Shown here: positions 11,744 to 23,389 of the stretch, one piece after another | Layout of the letters: the number at the start of each line of letters is the position of its first letter | Numbering within the stretch: the stretch's first letter is position 1 | Assembly: GCA_963788655.1 (NCBI GenBank) | Contig: CAWBHS010000090.1 | Location: 133,431 to 197,430 of the forward strand | Length of the DNA: 64,000 bases | Reading direction: 5' to 3' | Source: an uncultured Verrucomicrobiae bacterium | Lineage (GTDB): Bacteria; Verrucomicrobiota; Verrucomicrobiia; Limisphaerales; JAFGQR01 | Translations under genes and position numbers: made by a program | The notes under the pieces: model-generated | Seen by the model: only the letters and a program-made list of their open reading frames with translations | What the model was told of the DNA's origin: nothing | The model's database searches: none

Positions 11744-13357
11744 GTGATTACCACAGCTAATCTCACCATGCAGTTCGGCCCAAAGCCGCTGTTCGAAAAC
11801 GTCTCGGTCAAATTCCGCGAAGGCATGCGCTACGGCCTGATCGGCGCCAACGGCTGCGGCAAGTCCACTTTCATGAAGATTCTGGGCGGCGAACTGGAGC
11901 CCAGCGCCGGGTCGGTATCCTTCGAGGACGGCAAGCGCGTCGGTAAGCTGCGCCAGGATCAATTTGCGTTCGAAGACAGCACAGTAATCGACACCGTCAT
12001 TTTCGGTCATGAAGAACTGTGGCAGATCAAACAGGAGCGGGATCGCATCTACGGCCTGGCGGAGATGAGCGAGGAAGACGGCATGAAGGTGGCCGAACTC
12101 GAAGCGCGTTTCGCCGAACTGGGAGGTTATACCGCCGAGGCGCGCGCCGGCGAATTGCTGCTGGGCCTGGAAATCCCCATCGAACAGCACAACGGCCCCA
12201 TGAGTGCCGTCGCGCCCGGCTGGAAACTGCGTGTCCTGCTGGCGCAAGCGCTATTCGCCGATCCCGACATCATGCTGCTGGACGAGCCCACCAACAACCT
12301 CGACATCAATACCATCCGTTGGCTCGAGGGCGTGCTCACCGGGCGCAACAGCACCATGATCATCATTTCCCATGACCGCCACTTCTTGAACAGCGTCTGC
12401 ACGCATATGGCCGACCTCGACTACGGCGAGCTGCGCCTGTACACCGGCAATTACGACGAGTACATGACCGCTGCCACCCAGGCCCGGGAGCGCATGTATG
12501 CCGACAACGCCAAGAAGAAAGCCCAGATAGCGGACCTGCAGGCTTTCGTCAGCCGCTTTTCGGCCAACGCATCCAAGGCTCGGCAAGCCACGTCCCGTGC
12601 ACGGCAGATCGAAAAGATCGAACTGGAGGAAATCAAACCCTCCAGCCGCGTCAGCCCGTTCATCCGCTTCGAGCAAAACCAGAAACTGTATCGCAATGCG
12701 CTCGAAGTCAGTGGGCTGCGCAAGGGTTACGGCGACACGCCGCTGTTCCAGAAGCTGGATCTCGCGGTGGAAGTGGGCGAACGCATTGCCATCATCGGAC
12801 CCAACGGCATCGGCAAGAGCACGCTGCTGCGCACACTGGTCGGCGACTTGGACGCCGATGCGGGCATGGTTAAGTGGTCGGAGAACACTACCCTCGGTTA
12901 TTACGCTCAGGACCATGCCGACGAATTCGCCGACGACATAACGGTATTCGATTGGATGGACCAATGGGGACAAAAAGGCGATGACGAACAGGCCATTCGC
13001 GCCGTACTGGGGCGGCTGTTGTTCTCCAAGGACGACTTGAACAAGAAAGTGAAAGTGCTCTCGGGCGGCGAGCAGGGCCGGATGCTGTTCGGAAAACTGA
13101 TCCTGCAGCGCCCCAATGTCATGTGTCTGGACGAGCCCACCAACCACCTGGACATGGAGTCGATCGAGTCCCTGAACCTGGCGTTGGACAACTACCCGGG
13201 CACGCTGCTGTTCGTCAGCCACGACCGCGAGTTCGTGTCATCCCTGGCTACCCGCATCATCGAGCTCACGCCCGAAGGTATCGTCGACTTCAGCGGCAGC
13301 TACGAGGACTACCTGCGCGGCCAGGGCGTCAACCCGCTGCGCGCCGCGCAGCAATGA
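11744..13357 (+). CDS. ybiT: ABC-F family ATPase YbiT
   Basis: GTG start [17 protein letters not shown]; two ABC cassettes; [15 protein letters not shown] and [16 protein letters not shown] match YbiT. Confidence 0.93.
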   Translation: MITTANLTMQFGPKPLFENVSVKFREGMRYGLIGANGCGKSTFMKILGGELEPSAGSVSFEDGKRVGKLRQDQFAFEDSTVIDTVIFGHEELWQIKQERDRIYGLAEMSEEDGMKVAELEARFAELGGYTAEARAGELLLGLEIPIEQHNGPMSAVAPGWKLRVLLAQALFADPDIMLLDEPTNNLDINTIRWLEGVLTGRNSTMIIISHDRHFLNSVCTHMADLDYGELRLYTGNYDEYMTAATQARERMYADNAKKKAQIADLQAFVSRFSANASKARQATSRARQIEKIELEEIKPSSRVSPFIRFEQNQKLYRNALEVSGLRKGYGDTPLFQKLDLAVEVGERIAIIGPNGIGKSTLLRTLVGDLDADAGMVKWSENTTLGYYAQDHADEFADDITVFDWMDQWGQKGDDEQAIRAVLGRLLFSKDDLNKKVKVLSGGEQGRMLFGKLILQRPNVMCLDEPTNHLDMESIESLNLALDNYPGTLLFVSHDREFVSSLATRIIELTPEGIVDFSGSYEDYLRGQGVNPLRAAQQ

Positions 13358-13480
13358 TGCGGCAATGCGCGACCCGGCGGGCAGATAGCCGGCCTTGTCC
13401 AACGCTTCGTAATCACCGTTTCCGCAAGGGCTAGGGCGGGCTGTGCCCGCCGTATGACCGCACCGACACGCGCTTCCCCC

Positions 13481-14158
13481 TCACCCACCTCGCCGCGCAA
13501 ACCAAATCACATGCCGCGCGCCTTTCGAGCCATGGGCATGCACCCGCAGCTCGTCCACCTCGAACCCCACTTTGCGCAACCGCTCGCTAAAATCCCGATC
13601 AGGCCCCGCAGACCACACCGCCAACACGCCATGCGGCCGCAAGGCCGCGTAGGCCGCATTGAGCCCATCCACACCATACAGCCAGTTGTTTGCCTTGCGC
13701 GTCAGTCCTTCGGGCCCGTTGTCGACGTCCAACAAGATTCCGTCGTAGGCCCGCGCCTCGGCCCGTAAGATCTTACCGACGTCGCCGACCCGAACCGTCA
13801 CCCGCGGATCGGCGAGCGGCAGTCCTGCATGCGCCCCCAACGCGCCCCGATTCCAATCCACCACCGCAGGCACCAACTCCGCCACCACCGCCTGCGCGTC
13901 GCTACCCAGATGCCGCAACGACGCGGCCAAGGTGAACCCCATCCCCAACCCGCCGATGAGTATGCGCGGCGTGCCGCCATTCACCAACCGGGCACAGGTC
14001 TGGTCCGCCAACGCATCTTCGGAACCGTGCGTACGGCTGTTCATCAATTCGCCACGACCGGCAAGCCGGATCGAAAAATCATCGCCGCGTTGGTAAAGGC
14101 GCAGTTCACCGCCGTTGCCGGGGATCTGAGCGGCGTCCAAAAGGGTCCAGGGAGTCAT
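13481..14158 (-). CDS. Spermidine synthase-like SAM-dependent methyltransferase
   Basis: ELMNSRTHGSE, GGLGMGFTL, AELVPAVVDWNR, LLDVDNGP. Confidence 0.8.
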   Translation of the reverse strand: MTPWTLLDAAQIPGNGGELRLYQRGDDFSIRLAGRGELMNSRTHGSEDALADQTCARLVNGGTPRILIGGLGMGFTLAASLRHLGSDAQAVVAELVPAVVDWNRGALGAHAGLPLADPRVTVRVGDVGKILRAEARAYDGILLDVDNGPEGLTRKANNWLYGVDGLNAAYAALRPHGVLAVWSAGPDRDFSERLRKVGFEVDELRVHAHGSKGARHVIWFARRGG

Positions 14159-14425
14159 CGGTGCAATATCGAGGTGGTTCGCTCGCGGCGACGGAGAGAG
14201 AAAAAAAGAATACAGAGACAGTACCAGTAAATCCGTTGCTTGCAATACTAACGATCGCGCTGCGGAGAAATACGTAGCAGTGTCCAGCGATCATGGTTCT
14301 CAGCGCCCGCGCGCCATCTCACCCGACAAGCGGTGCGCACGCCGCGGACGGTACCACCGAAAGCATACGAATCAGCGCGTCCGGCACCCGCCGCGTACCA
14401 CGCGGCGGTACCGTACGCCTCGTCC

Positions 14426-14851
14426 TTACAGTTCGGTGCCGTTCACCCACAGGTCGTGGACATTGCACATGGTCAGCACATACACCATGCCCTTGTGTCC
14501 GCTGAGATCGAAAGTGGTCTCCGGCTTATCGGTTTTGGGATCGTAGTTGTGTTCGGTGATGAACCCGAAATTCGCGTCCAGCGCCTGATGCTTGATGATG
14601 TAGTGTTCATACGGATTCATCGGATGGTGGGTCACCACATGCAGGCTGCTGCCTTGCTTGTCGAAATCCGGCAGGTGATGCTCCGACACGCCCTTGTTCC
14701 AGCGGCCGAACGCCTCCGAGGTGTGATACACGCCCCCGGCCAGCTTGGTTTTCAGTGCCGGCTCCACCATGCCGGCCATCAATTCCTTGGGCACGAACAG
14801 CGCACCCGCACTGCCGGCGACACTGATGCGAATAAACTCTCTTCTTTTCAT
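14426..14851 (-). CDS. Tat-exported superoxide reductase/desulfoferrodoxin-family protein
   Basis: RBS AGGAGGAG; twin-arginine MKRREFI; Fe-ligand motifs EHHLP, HPM, EHYI, CNVH. Confidence 0.78.
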   Translation of the reverse strand: MKRREFIRISVAGSAGALFVPKELMAGMVEPALKTKLAGGVYHTSEAFGRWNKGVSEHHLPDFDKQGSSLHVVTHHPMNPYEHYIIKHQALDANFGFITEHNYDPKTDKPETTFDLSGHKGMVYVLTMCNVHDLWVNGTEL

Positions 14852-15671
14852 TGGCTCCTCCTGATGTGAAACGTGCTGCAGCCACGGCTTATGCAGGAAC
14901 GGCAAACACCCGCGCTGCGGCAGTGGGTTCCGCCGGATCGGACCGTAGGTGCAACCGCGCAAAACACCGGCGGGATTCGTACTCCTACGAGGGAACCGAA
15001 TGCGGCGCATACCAACGGCACCTACGAATGGTAGCTGCTGCCGGGGAAAACGAAAGGATGCGTACGCCGAATATGCACGGTTCGCCGATCCCGGCTAAGC
15101 GTTGATTAAGTCTCGTGGTCTTCGTCTTCAGTCCGGGCCGCGGCATCGAGCGACTCGATCGAAGAGGAACTTTCCACATCAGCACAAAGGTTGGTTGCCG
15201 GTACACGGGAATCTGGTCAGCCGACCGAGGCGAACACGAAATGCGCATCGAATACCGCAAGGGCTACAGCGTGTGACTGACACAGTTGATCTACGGCCTG
15301 CATACACGAAACGTTCTTCTTCAGGCTATTTGCGGTAACCGCCGTGTTCGTTCTCACTCTCGGTGTGCCCGCACCCTGTTTCGACCACGCCTGTTTTCAT
15401 TACTTCTATGCCAATAGCATTGCTGGTGCGTTTGTTTTGATCGTCGCTGCTTTAATCAGCTTCCCGGATTTACTCAACGACTTGACCGTGGTCGCGAAAA
15501 TCGCTGTGCGACATCGGTCTTGAAAGGTGTGAACGTCGACGCTCGGTGCTGCGGGAAAATTTCATCGAGTAACCGCACCTGTTCAACTGCCAACGGCACC
15601 CCGCCAACCCTATTGTTCTACAATCGCGTTACTATGGCGTTTCACTCGTCGCACGAACTCAGGGAGCGATT

Positions 15672-16241
15672 ATGAGAAAATACGTTTTGCTTGCCTTAGC
15701 GCTCCTATTCACCATGGCTACTGCGAATGCAGCTGAAGTTGCCGGTATAGACGTGCCGGAACAATTCACTACCGCAAGCGGAAACACGTTGCAGCTGAAC
15801 GGCGCGGGCGTGCGCCGCAAGTTCTTCTTCAAAGTATACGTAGGTGCATTGTACCTACCGACTCCGACACACAGCGTCGCAACGATCTTGCTGCAAGACG
15901 GCCCGATCGTCATGCAACTGCACATACTGCACAGCGAAGTCCCACAGGAGAACCTGGTAAAAGCCTGGACGGAAGGTTTCGAAGACAACTTGAACGGCCG
16001 CGAACGCTCAGCACTCGCCGCACGCGTTCACAAATTCAATAGCTTGTTCAGAACTGTGCGTAAAGGCGAGACCATAACCCTGGACTATCAGCCAGGCAGC
16101 GGCACGACCGTGCGCATCAACGACGAAACACGCGGCGTAATCGAAGGCAAAGACTTCGCGCGCGGCTGGTTGAAAATCTGGCTCGGCCAAGATCCGGCGG
16201 ACGAGGACTTGAAGCAAGGTTTGGTGGGCGGCCCCAACTGA
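15672..16241 (+). CDS. Chalcone isomerase-like family protein (secreted)
   Basis: Signal peptide; LQLNGAGVRRKFFFKVYVGALYL; IWLGQDPADEDLKQGL. Confidence 0.85.
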   Translation: MRKYVLLALALLFTMATANAAEVAGIDVPEQFTTASGNTLQLNGAGVRRKFFFKVYVGALYLPTPTHSVATILLQDGPIVMQLHILHSEVPQENLVKAWTEGFEDNLNGRERSALAARVHKFNSLFRTVRKGETITLDYQPGSGTTVRINDETRGVIEGKDFARGWLKIWLGQDPADEDLKQGLVGGPN

Positions 16242-16366
16242 TTGGGCATCGCAACAACCTCGATCACCTGAAGGGAACCACGAAGAAATCCAAAGCCAAG
16301 GCGGCGCTATTGGACATTCGCGCCCGACTCCCCGTCTGCTAACCGCGCCCTACCGGTCGGGTTGGC

Positions 16367-16397
16367 GTAGGTCGGGTTTGCGAAGCGTAACCCGACA
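16367..16397 (+). repeat. GTAG-type REP
   Basis: GTAGGTCGGGTTTGCGAAGCGTAACCCGACA. Confidence 0.85.
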
Positions 16398-16440
16398 CCC
16401 GTGCCCGATATCCCGCTCGTCCACCCCAAGTGATTCGCAA

Positions 16441-17230
16441 TTAGTCACCGCTCCCTTTTGGGGCACAGAGGCCCAAGGCCCCGGCTTCGATGTTCCGGTA
16501 GGCCCGCACCAGCCTATCCGCCCATCCTTCAGCCAGGGTCTGGGTACCGATCAGATCCTGTCGCAGTTCGATCATCACACTCGGCAGACCGCGACCCTCA
16601 CCGTGCACGGGTACGGTGTAATCGATGTGCGCTTCGATGGGATAGGGTTCGTTGTCCCCCACCACCAGGTCGTGTTCCTCGGCAAGCGCGCTGCGCAGCA
16701 ACGCGGCCAGTCGGTCATCGCGCCAATGGGAAACGCCCACGTGCCATGGTCGGGGTCTGCCGTCCAGCACCGGCGTGAAACTGTGAATACTGAGCAACAG
16801 CGTGGGCCGCTGCGCCCTTTGATCCAGCAGCTGGTCGATGGCGTCGTGATAGGGCTGAAACAAGGTCTGGACCCGTGCCGCCCGTTGCGCCGGCGACAGG
16901 TCGCGATTGCCCGGGACGACGATGCCGTCACTGTGCTGGGCGATGGACTGGGGGCTGACAGGCGGGCGATTGCAGTCGATGACCAGGCGTGAATAAGCGC
17001 TCAATAGCAACGGCGCGTCCAACACCTTGGCAAGTCGGCGCGCGACATCGGCGGCGCCGGGGTCCCAGCCGATATGGGCTCGAGTGCGCCGGCGCAAGGC
17101 CCAGATACTCGAGTCGCCGTGGCACGCGGTTGGCGGCGTGGTCGCACACCAGCACCGCGGCCGCGGCGCCAGCGGCGTTGACCACTTCCACCGGTGCCGG
17201 TTCGTCGGCCTCTAGCAACGGCTCGCTCAT
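16441..17230 (-). CDS. N-formylglutamate amidohydrolase family (frameshift near 17090)
   Basis: VCDHA, HIGWDPGA, SRLVIDCNR, SIHSFTP, DNEPY, MIELRQDLI. Confidence 0.88.
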
Positions 17231-17262
17231 GAATCGATGGTCCGCTTACGCATACCCGGCCG

Positions 17263-18074
17263 TCAGCCCGTTTGCAGTTCGTCGGTCCACACCCGAAAAC
17301 CCTTCAGCAGGTTCGGCCCGAACGTGCTGGTGAGCGCCACGTCGGCGGCGTCGCGGCCCTGAGCGATCAGCACCCGCCCGATGCGCGGCATGGTTGTTGC
17401 GCGCATCGAAGGTATGCCACTGGCCGTCGAGATAGACCTCGAACCAGGCGGAAAAATCCATGGCGTCGTCGACGGCGGCACGCCGATGTCGCCCAGATAG
17501 CCGGTGCAGTAGCGCGCCGGAATGTTCATGCAGCGGCAAAAGCGTCACGGCCAGGTGCGCGTAGTCGCGGCACACGCCGAGGCGCTCGTTGAAGGCCTCC
17601 AGGGCGGTCCGGGTGGCGCGCGCGTGCTGATAGCCGAAGCGTGATGTGGCGTGCACGAAATCACAGATGGCCTGCACCCGCGGCCAGCCTTCCGGCGTCT
17701 GGCCGAACAGCGACCAGGCCGTCTCCGAGAAACGTCGGTCTCGCAATAGCGGCTGCCCAGCAGGTAAACCAACGTCTCGTACGGAAGGTCCTGCACCGCA
17801 TGCTGGCGCGCCGAAGGGGCACGCCGTCCGGCTCGCCGCTGTCGTTGATCACCGCATCGGTGATGATTCGCAGGTGCCCCGGGTGGGGCGACGATCCGAT
17901 TACACCAATTACCAAAACCATCGCGGTAGGCTCGCATCGGCACCGCTGGATCGGTAATGATATTGTCGGCCGAAACCAGATCCGAGACGCGCTATAATGC
18001 ACATTCAGCGTCAGGATCATCGGCGTGGGCTGTGGACATTGATAGATCAACTCGTAGCCAATCCGGATCTGCAT
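17263..18074 (-). CDS. Transglutaminase-like family protein (several frameshifts)
   Basis: MQIRIGYELIYQCPQPTPM, LLGSRYCETD, GVCRDYAHLA, MNIPARYCTGYLGDIG, MDFSAWFEVYL. Confidence 0.85.
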
Positions 18075-18259
18075 CCTGCACTCCTGCTGGAAAGATGGGC
18101 TGGAAATCGCTTGCGAGACCATTACAACATGTGGCGCGCGGGACGCAACCCATATCATCCGTGCAGACAATAGCCCCAACGCGCTTCAGGATGACTTTGT
18201 TCAGACCAAATCGAACTCCGGGTTTGTCGCTCGTGTCACCGACACCATCTCATATAAAC

Positions 18260-18290
18260 GTAGGTCGGGTTAGCGCAGCGTAACCCGACA
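18260..18290 (+). repeat. GTAG-type REP
   Basis: GTAGGTCGGGTTAGCGCAGCGTAACCCGACA. Confidence 0.85.
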
Positions 18291-18367
18291 CCACCCCGGC
18301 GATCGCCATCACCCACTCAAGCTACCTACGCAAAAAAGCTCGGCAAATCCTTGGTGCGCGCGCCATA

Positions 18368-19735
18368 ATGAGACACATGTCATCGTTATCGAGCCGCATT
18401 CGCCTGGTTTTCCTCCTCCTTGCTTTGTGCAGTTGGTGCCCGCCGCCAGCATGGGCCCAGGATGCGCCGACCGCTGACAAGACGCTCAGCGTCAATATCA
18501 GCGACGCCGCCGATCAGCGCATACAGCAGGCCATTCAGCGGCGTTTGCAGCAGAACAAGAATCTGATGGATGTTCAGGTCTCGGTGGACGCGGGCGTGGT
18601 AACGCTCAAAGGCAGCGCACTAACCTCCGAGGCCATCGATGAAGCGATCGCCCTGGCGCGTCGCACCGAAGGTGTTGCCGCCGTCAATTCCGAACTCACC
18701 GAGAACTGGCAGGTACGGCAACGGGTGCGCCCTACACTTCAGGACGGCTGGACCCGATTACAAAGTTTCGTCTCGCTGATCCCGCTGTTCTTGGTCGCCG
18801 TGGCGATCGTGGCACTGTTCGCGGTTCTCGCGAGGCTGTTCGGCAATTGGGACCCCTTGTACAATCGCCTGTCGCGCAATCGCTTCGTGCGGGACCAACT
18901 GCGTCAAGCGGTGCGCACCATTGTCTTCGTGATCGGCGTACTGATCGCCCTGGAATTATTGGATGCCACCGCCTTGGTTGGCGCTCTTCTGGGGACCGCG
19001 GGCGTGGTCGGCATCGCGCTTGGCTTTGCGTTCCGCGATCTGGTGGAAAACCACATCGCCAGCATCCTCCTCAGTCTGCGCCAACCGTTCGCGCCCGGGG
19101 ATCAAGTGGTAATCGGCGACCACGAAGGCAAAGTGATCCGCCTCACCTCGCGCGCCACCATCTTGATGACCCTGGACGGCAATCACCTGCGGATTCCCAA
19201 TGCTGACGTGTACAAGGGCGTCATTCTCAATTACACGCGCAACCCACAGCGTCGGTTTTCGTTCGGCGTCGGCGTCGGCGTCAATGAAGAATTACAACGT
19301 GCGCAGCAGTTGGGGGTTGCCGTGTTGCAGTTCATGGACGGCATACAGGACCAGCCGCCGCCCATGGCGCTGATCGAGGAACTCGGCGACTCGAATGTAT
19401 TGATCCGTTTCTTCGGCTGGGTAGACCAGACCGAGCACAACTTCATCAAAGTCAAAAGCGAAGCAATCCGCCAGGTCAAGAAAGCGCTCGACGACGCCGG
19501 CATCGACATGCCGGAACCGATCTATCGTGTCCAGTTGAGCGATCAGCGCGGCAGCAAGGCGTCCATCGCCACGGAGCAATCCCGCGAAACCCCCGAAGTG
19601 CGCGCGAAGCAATCCCTGCAAGACACCCCCGCCGGCGACTTGTCTGCCGGCGACTCCGTCGACACCCAAATCGCCCGCGAGCGGGCCGACACGCAGGACG
19701 TGGACTTACTCGATCCATCGGCACCTAAAGAATGA
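18368..19735 (+). CDS. mscS: MscS-family mechanosensitive channel with N-terminal BON domain
   Basis: BON VQVSVDAGVVTLKG; GIALGFAFRDLVEN, PFAPGD, IPNADV. Confidence 0.88.
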   Translation: MRHMSSLSSRIRLVFLLLALCSWCPPPAWAQDAPTADKTLSVNISDAADQRIQQAIQRRLQQNKNLMDVQVSVDAGVVTLKGSALTSEAIDEAIALARRTEGVAAVNSELTENWQVRQRVRPTLQDGWTRLQSFVSLIPLFLVAVAIVALFAVLARLFGNWDPLYNRLSRNRFVRDQLRQAVRTIVFVIGVLIALELLDATALVGALLGTAGVVGIALGFAFRDLVENHIASILLSLRQPFAPGDQVVIGDHEGKVIRLTSRATILMTLDGNHLRIPNADVYKGVILNYTRNPQRRFSFGVGVGVNEELQRAQQLGVAVLQFMDGIQDQPPPMALIEELGDSNVLIRFFGWVDQTEHNFIKVKSEAIRQVKKALDDAGIDMPEPIYRVQLSDQRGSKASIATEQSRETPEVRAKQSLQDTPAGDLSAGDSVDTQIARERADTQDVDLLDPSAPKE

Positions 19736-19839
19736 ACGTCGATGATTCTTGCTCGCTGTCCGCATCGGATCAATGCGCGCCGCGAAGCCAAATAGAATCA
19801 TCCGGTGAAAAGCGCGCGGCACATCTGGCCATTAGGCCG

Positions 19840-20030
19840 TGAGCCATCCGCAAACGTCCGCGCCAGATTGTGGCCCGCCGGCACGATTTGCACTTCGCTG
19901 ACCATTTCCAGCACATCCCATAAATAACCCACATCCCAGGCCTCAGGCTGCATAGAACTCCTCCGGTTCTTTCTCGATTTCGCGTCGACGGTGGGATTAT
20001 TCAATATCGACGGCGTCACCAACTCCACTT
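19840..20030 (-). pseudogene. Decayed MNT 3' end plus HEPN/DUF86 5' end
   Basis: VELVTPSILNNP is homologous to the MNT at 24754; followed by MQPEAWDVGYLWDVLE, a DUF86-like start. Confidence 0.55.
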
Positions 20031-20245
20031 GCTGATTTTCTTTTCCAAAGCAAAGCCTGTGCATGATTGTGCGTGCGCGCCCGTTACGAGGGTTCCGCGT
20101 TACCCGCTTCATTGACAAGTCCGCAAGCGTAGACAACATTTAAGCAGTGGTCACCGGATCTGCGACGGCCTAGCACCCAACAGGCAAGCCGAAGCGCGGC
20201 GCCGATTCGGGCAGCGCATACGAAGCCGGACTCGAGAGGCCGGAC

Positions 20246-23182
20246 ATGGGGAACGACGGACAGTTCCACCCACCCAGCGGATGGCCACAGATTCTTTTGG
20301 TGCTGGTGCTCGCTGTGGGTGCGGTCTGGGTGCAGCTTCCGATCCAGACCCATCGCCCGCCACCGGTCGCCCAGGGCGTTCGAACAGCCGGGCTGCAGGA
20401 TGTCGACGCACGCCTTTGGCAGGACCCGTTCGTTGCCGCGGAAAACGCCAAGCAGCCCGGGTCGACCACGTCCGCACATACGATAGACCGACTCGTACGC
20501 GCAGTCGGGGCACAGCAGGGTAATATCGAGATTGTGGCGGTGCTTGTTCCCGGCAGCCCTCGGGTTGGTGCGGACGAATTACGCAGACGCATCCGCTATG
20601 CGGTACTCGCGGGCCTCAGCGTTCAAGGATATGTCCCCCACGACCCCGAGCATGTCGGTTACGTCGAAGACCAGAGCCAAGGGTGGCACGTACGCATGCC
20701 ATTCGAGTGGCTCGATGACGCCACTGGAAACGAAAGCGCCTCTCCAAGCCGGACGCTGATTCTATGGCTCGACGAAGGGGCGCTTGCTCAGCAGAACCCG
20801 GCTCCGGCGGCTCCGGCGACTGCGCCGGCGCGCGGGCCTCTCGCCCGACTTGTCGCGTTGCTGGAGGAACTGAACCGCGCCGACGGTGAAAAAGTCCACC
20901 TGCACTTTACCGTTCTCGGTCCAACCTCCTCGACTTTTCTGAAGCAGGTCATGGAGGAACTCGAAGGAAATTCTTCCGCCGTCGTACAGCGGCTGGCGAA
21001 GCTTTCCGTCCATTGGTACTCGCCGAGCGCAACGCTACCGGACCCTGAGCTTATATTGAGCGACGGACACCGTTTGGTGGACGTATTACCGCGCTTTCAG
21101 CGCACCATCGTTTCCGACGACAAGCTCATCGATGCGCTTTTCGGGGAACTGGGAATTCGGGGGATTTGCGCACGCGGAGAAACCGTCGCACTGGTCGGCC
21201 AGTGGGACACTGCCTATGCCCGCGCGCTCCGCGCACGATTGAAAACCGCCATTGGCGAAACGCCGGAATGTCCCGACACACGGATCGTGAGCGTCAGCTA
21301 TTTGCGCGGAATCGACGGCCAGCTACCCGGAACGAATAGCAGCACTTCGAAAACCAACGAAGAGGGACGCCGTAACGTCGTCGAGCGGCCGGAAGGCCGA
21401 GCGCAAATCGACTACCTGCGTCGACTGGCGAAGAATCTGGTCCGGCGCGAGGACAGCTTCGGACGCATCGGCGCGATCGGCGTACTTGGCGACGACTACC
21501 ACGATAAATTACTCGTACTCGAGGCCTTGCGGCCGATCTTCCCTGCCGCGGTGTTTTTTACCACCGACCTGGATGCGGCGATGCTGCACCCATCCGACAA
21601 CGAGGTGACACGCAATCTGGTGGTCGCTTCCGCTTATGGGCTGCAGGCGCGGCCCGTTCTGCAGGAGGATATACCGCCGTTCCGGAGTACCTATCAGACC
21701 TCTTTCTTCCTGGCCACGCGGTTCGCGCTCGAAACCAGCGCCAGCAACGCGCCCGCAAAAAATGACATCAGGTTCCAGTCGGGCAATACCGCGCAGATTT
21801 ATGAAATCGGTCGAACCGAAGCCGTCTCGTTGACGCCGCAACCGCAGTCGGGCGACTGCAACAGCATCACCGATTGCAACTATCCCTACGCCAGCGGAGA
21901 TTCACCTCCGAGCCTGAAAGGTGCGCTGCTCGTCCCGATCGGGCTCGCCGTCGCCTGGTTACTCGGGGTTACCGCAGGATTTGTGCATCGCCACCACACG
22001 CGTTACTGGCTGGCCGCGATCGGCATTACCACCGTGCTTGCGACTTTGCTTGCCTTGTTCCTCTCCCACACGCCGGAGCATCGGGAGCCGCTCAACTGGT
22101 TGCAGGGCATCAGCGTCTGGCCGAGCGAATTTCTGCGCATCATTGCGTTTGCGGCATCGATCGCACTGATCCTGCGAGGTCGTAAAAAACTGCGCGAGCG
22201 CCGCGAACTTATCGAACAGGAATTCTTCGGCGCCGCCCCCGTAGGCATCTCTGAAACCCATTTCGCAAACCGCCGGTCGGTCTCCCGATACGTGTCGTAT
22301 ACATGGGCTGTACTGAAGCACGGCATCCAGCGACGCACACCTACCGGCAACGACTCCGGCCCCTTGAGCGCCAGGGTCCTTTGGGACACCTATTGTCAGA
22401 GGAACGCGGTCGCCGCGGGTCCTTGCTATGTACAACTCCCGTTCGGCGTGGTTGCGGTGCTATTCGTTGTCGTGTTTTTCGGACTCGGGCTGCTGTTGCC
22501 AAGCTTCGGCATGGACCCACCAAAAACACCCGCGCGAGGCGCCGCTGAGTTCGTCATCGACAGAGCGATCCTCTTGCCCACCGTGGTCGCGTTCCTGTCT
22601 CTGCTCGTGTTCGCCATGCACGAGAGCGACCGTGCCGTGTGGCTCATAGGTGAACTGCGAAAATCCACCAATTGGCCTGCAAACGCGTTGGAGAACGTCT
22701 GGCCCGCGTCCGCACCGGCGGATGAGCGACGACGGTTCGATGAATGGTTGGACGTTCGATTCATCGGAACCATGACCGAACCCGTACAACACATCATTTT
22801 CGATCCATTTGCGATTTTGGCGCTCTTGATCGTTTCAAGAAGTTCGCTCTTCGATCGCTGGAACATTCCCGACACGCTTATCTTGATCTTCGGCCTGGCA
22901 ATTGCCTTCGTGGCAATTGCGGCATTGCGGTTGCGCGCAGCGGTCGAGCGCATGCGCACCGACTCCACCGATCGTCTGCAACTCAGCGAACTGGAATGCA
23001 AGGCAAAAGGACTCGACAAACTCGCGCGGCAACTCGCCGCAGTACGCAGCAATGTGCGGACCTATCGAACCGGCGCGTTCGCGCCTTTCAGCCAACAACC
23101 GCTGGTCAAAGCTGCGCTTACCGTCACAGGAACCGTGTCCGGCATCGCCTTGCTGGAATATGCCAGCCTCGCCAATTTCTAG
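20246..23182 (+). CDS. 978-aa multi-pass membrane protein of unknown function
   Basis: Long uninterrupted ORF; N-terminal TM, about 530-aa soluble region, then about 8 hydrophobic segments. Confidence 0.8.
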   Translation: MGNDGQFHPPSGWPQILLVLVLAVGAVWVQLPIQTHRPPPVAQGVRTAGLQDVDARLWQDPFVAAENAKQPGSTTSAHTIDRLVRAVGAQQGNIEIVAVLVPGSPRVGADELRRRIRYAVLAGLSVQGYVPHDPEHVGYVEDQSQGWHVRMPFEWLDDATGNESASPSRTLILWLDEGALAQQNPAPAAPATAPARGPLARLVALLEELNRADGEKVHLHFTVLGPTSSTFLKQVMEELEGNSSAVVQRLAKLSVHWYSPSATLPDPELILSDGHRLVDVLPRFQRTIVSDDKLIDALFGELGIRGICARGETVALVGQWDTAYARALRARLKTAIGETPECPDTRIVSVSYLRGIDGQLPGTNSSTSKTNEEGRRNVVERPEGRAQIDYLRRLAKNLVRREDSFGRIGAIGVLGDDYHDKLLVLEALRPIFPAAVFFTTDLDAAMLHPSDNEVTRNLVVASAYGLQARPVLQEDIPPFRSTYQTSFFLATRFALETSASNAPAKNDIRFQSGNTAQIYEIGRTEAVSLTPQPQSGDCNSITDCNYPYASGDSPPSLKGALLVPIGLAVAWLLGVTAGFVHRHHTRYWLAAIGITTVLATLLALFLSHTPEHREPLNWLQGISVWPSEFLRIIAFAASIALILRGRKKLRERRELIEQEFFGAAPVGISETHFANRRSVSRYVSYTWAVLKHGIQRRTPTGNDSGPLSARVLWDTYCQRNAVAAGPCYVQLPFGVVAVLFVVVFFGLGLLLPSFGMDPPKTPARGAAEFVIDRAILLPTVVAFLSLLVFAMHESDRAVWLIGELRKSTNWPANALENVWPASAPADERRRFDEWLDVRFIGTMTEPVQHIIFDPFAILALLIVSRSSLFDRWNIPDTLILIFGLAIAFVAIAALRLRAAVERMRTDSTDRLQLSELECKAKGLDKLARQLAAVRSNVRTYRTGAFAPFSQQPLVKAALTVTGTVSGIALLEYASLANF

Positions 23183-23389
23183 GGTCGTCGGTTGCCAGCA
23201 TCCCGACCGGATGGATATCGGAAAGGCGCGAAACGAGGTTCAAAACGGCTGGCGTCCACGCAGCATGGACACGCATTGATTTTGGACAAAGCGCAGCTTC
23301 GTTTAACCCAGCTTCGTTTAACCCACGCATAACCGTGGTTTGTTCCCGTTTTTTCTGCGTCGACGCGCGTGGACCGCCGGAGCATTCCT

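Noticed and set aside
23294..23323. 15-bp tandem duplication CAGCTTCGTTTAACC x2
   Set aside because: Only two intergenic copies; no evidence of function
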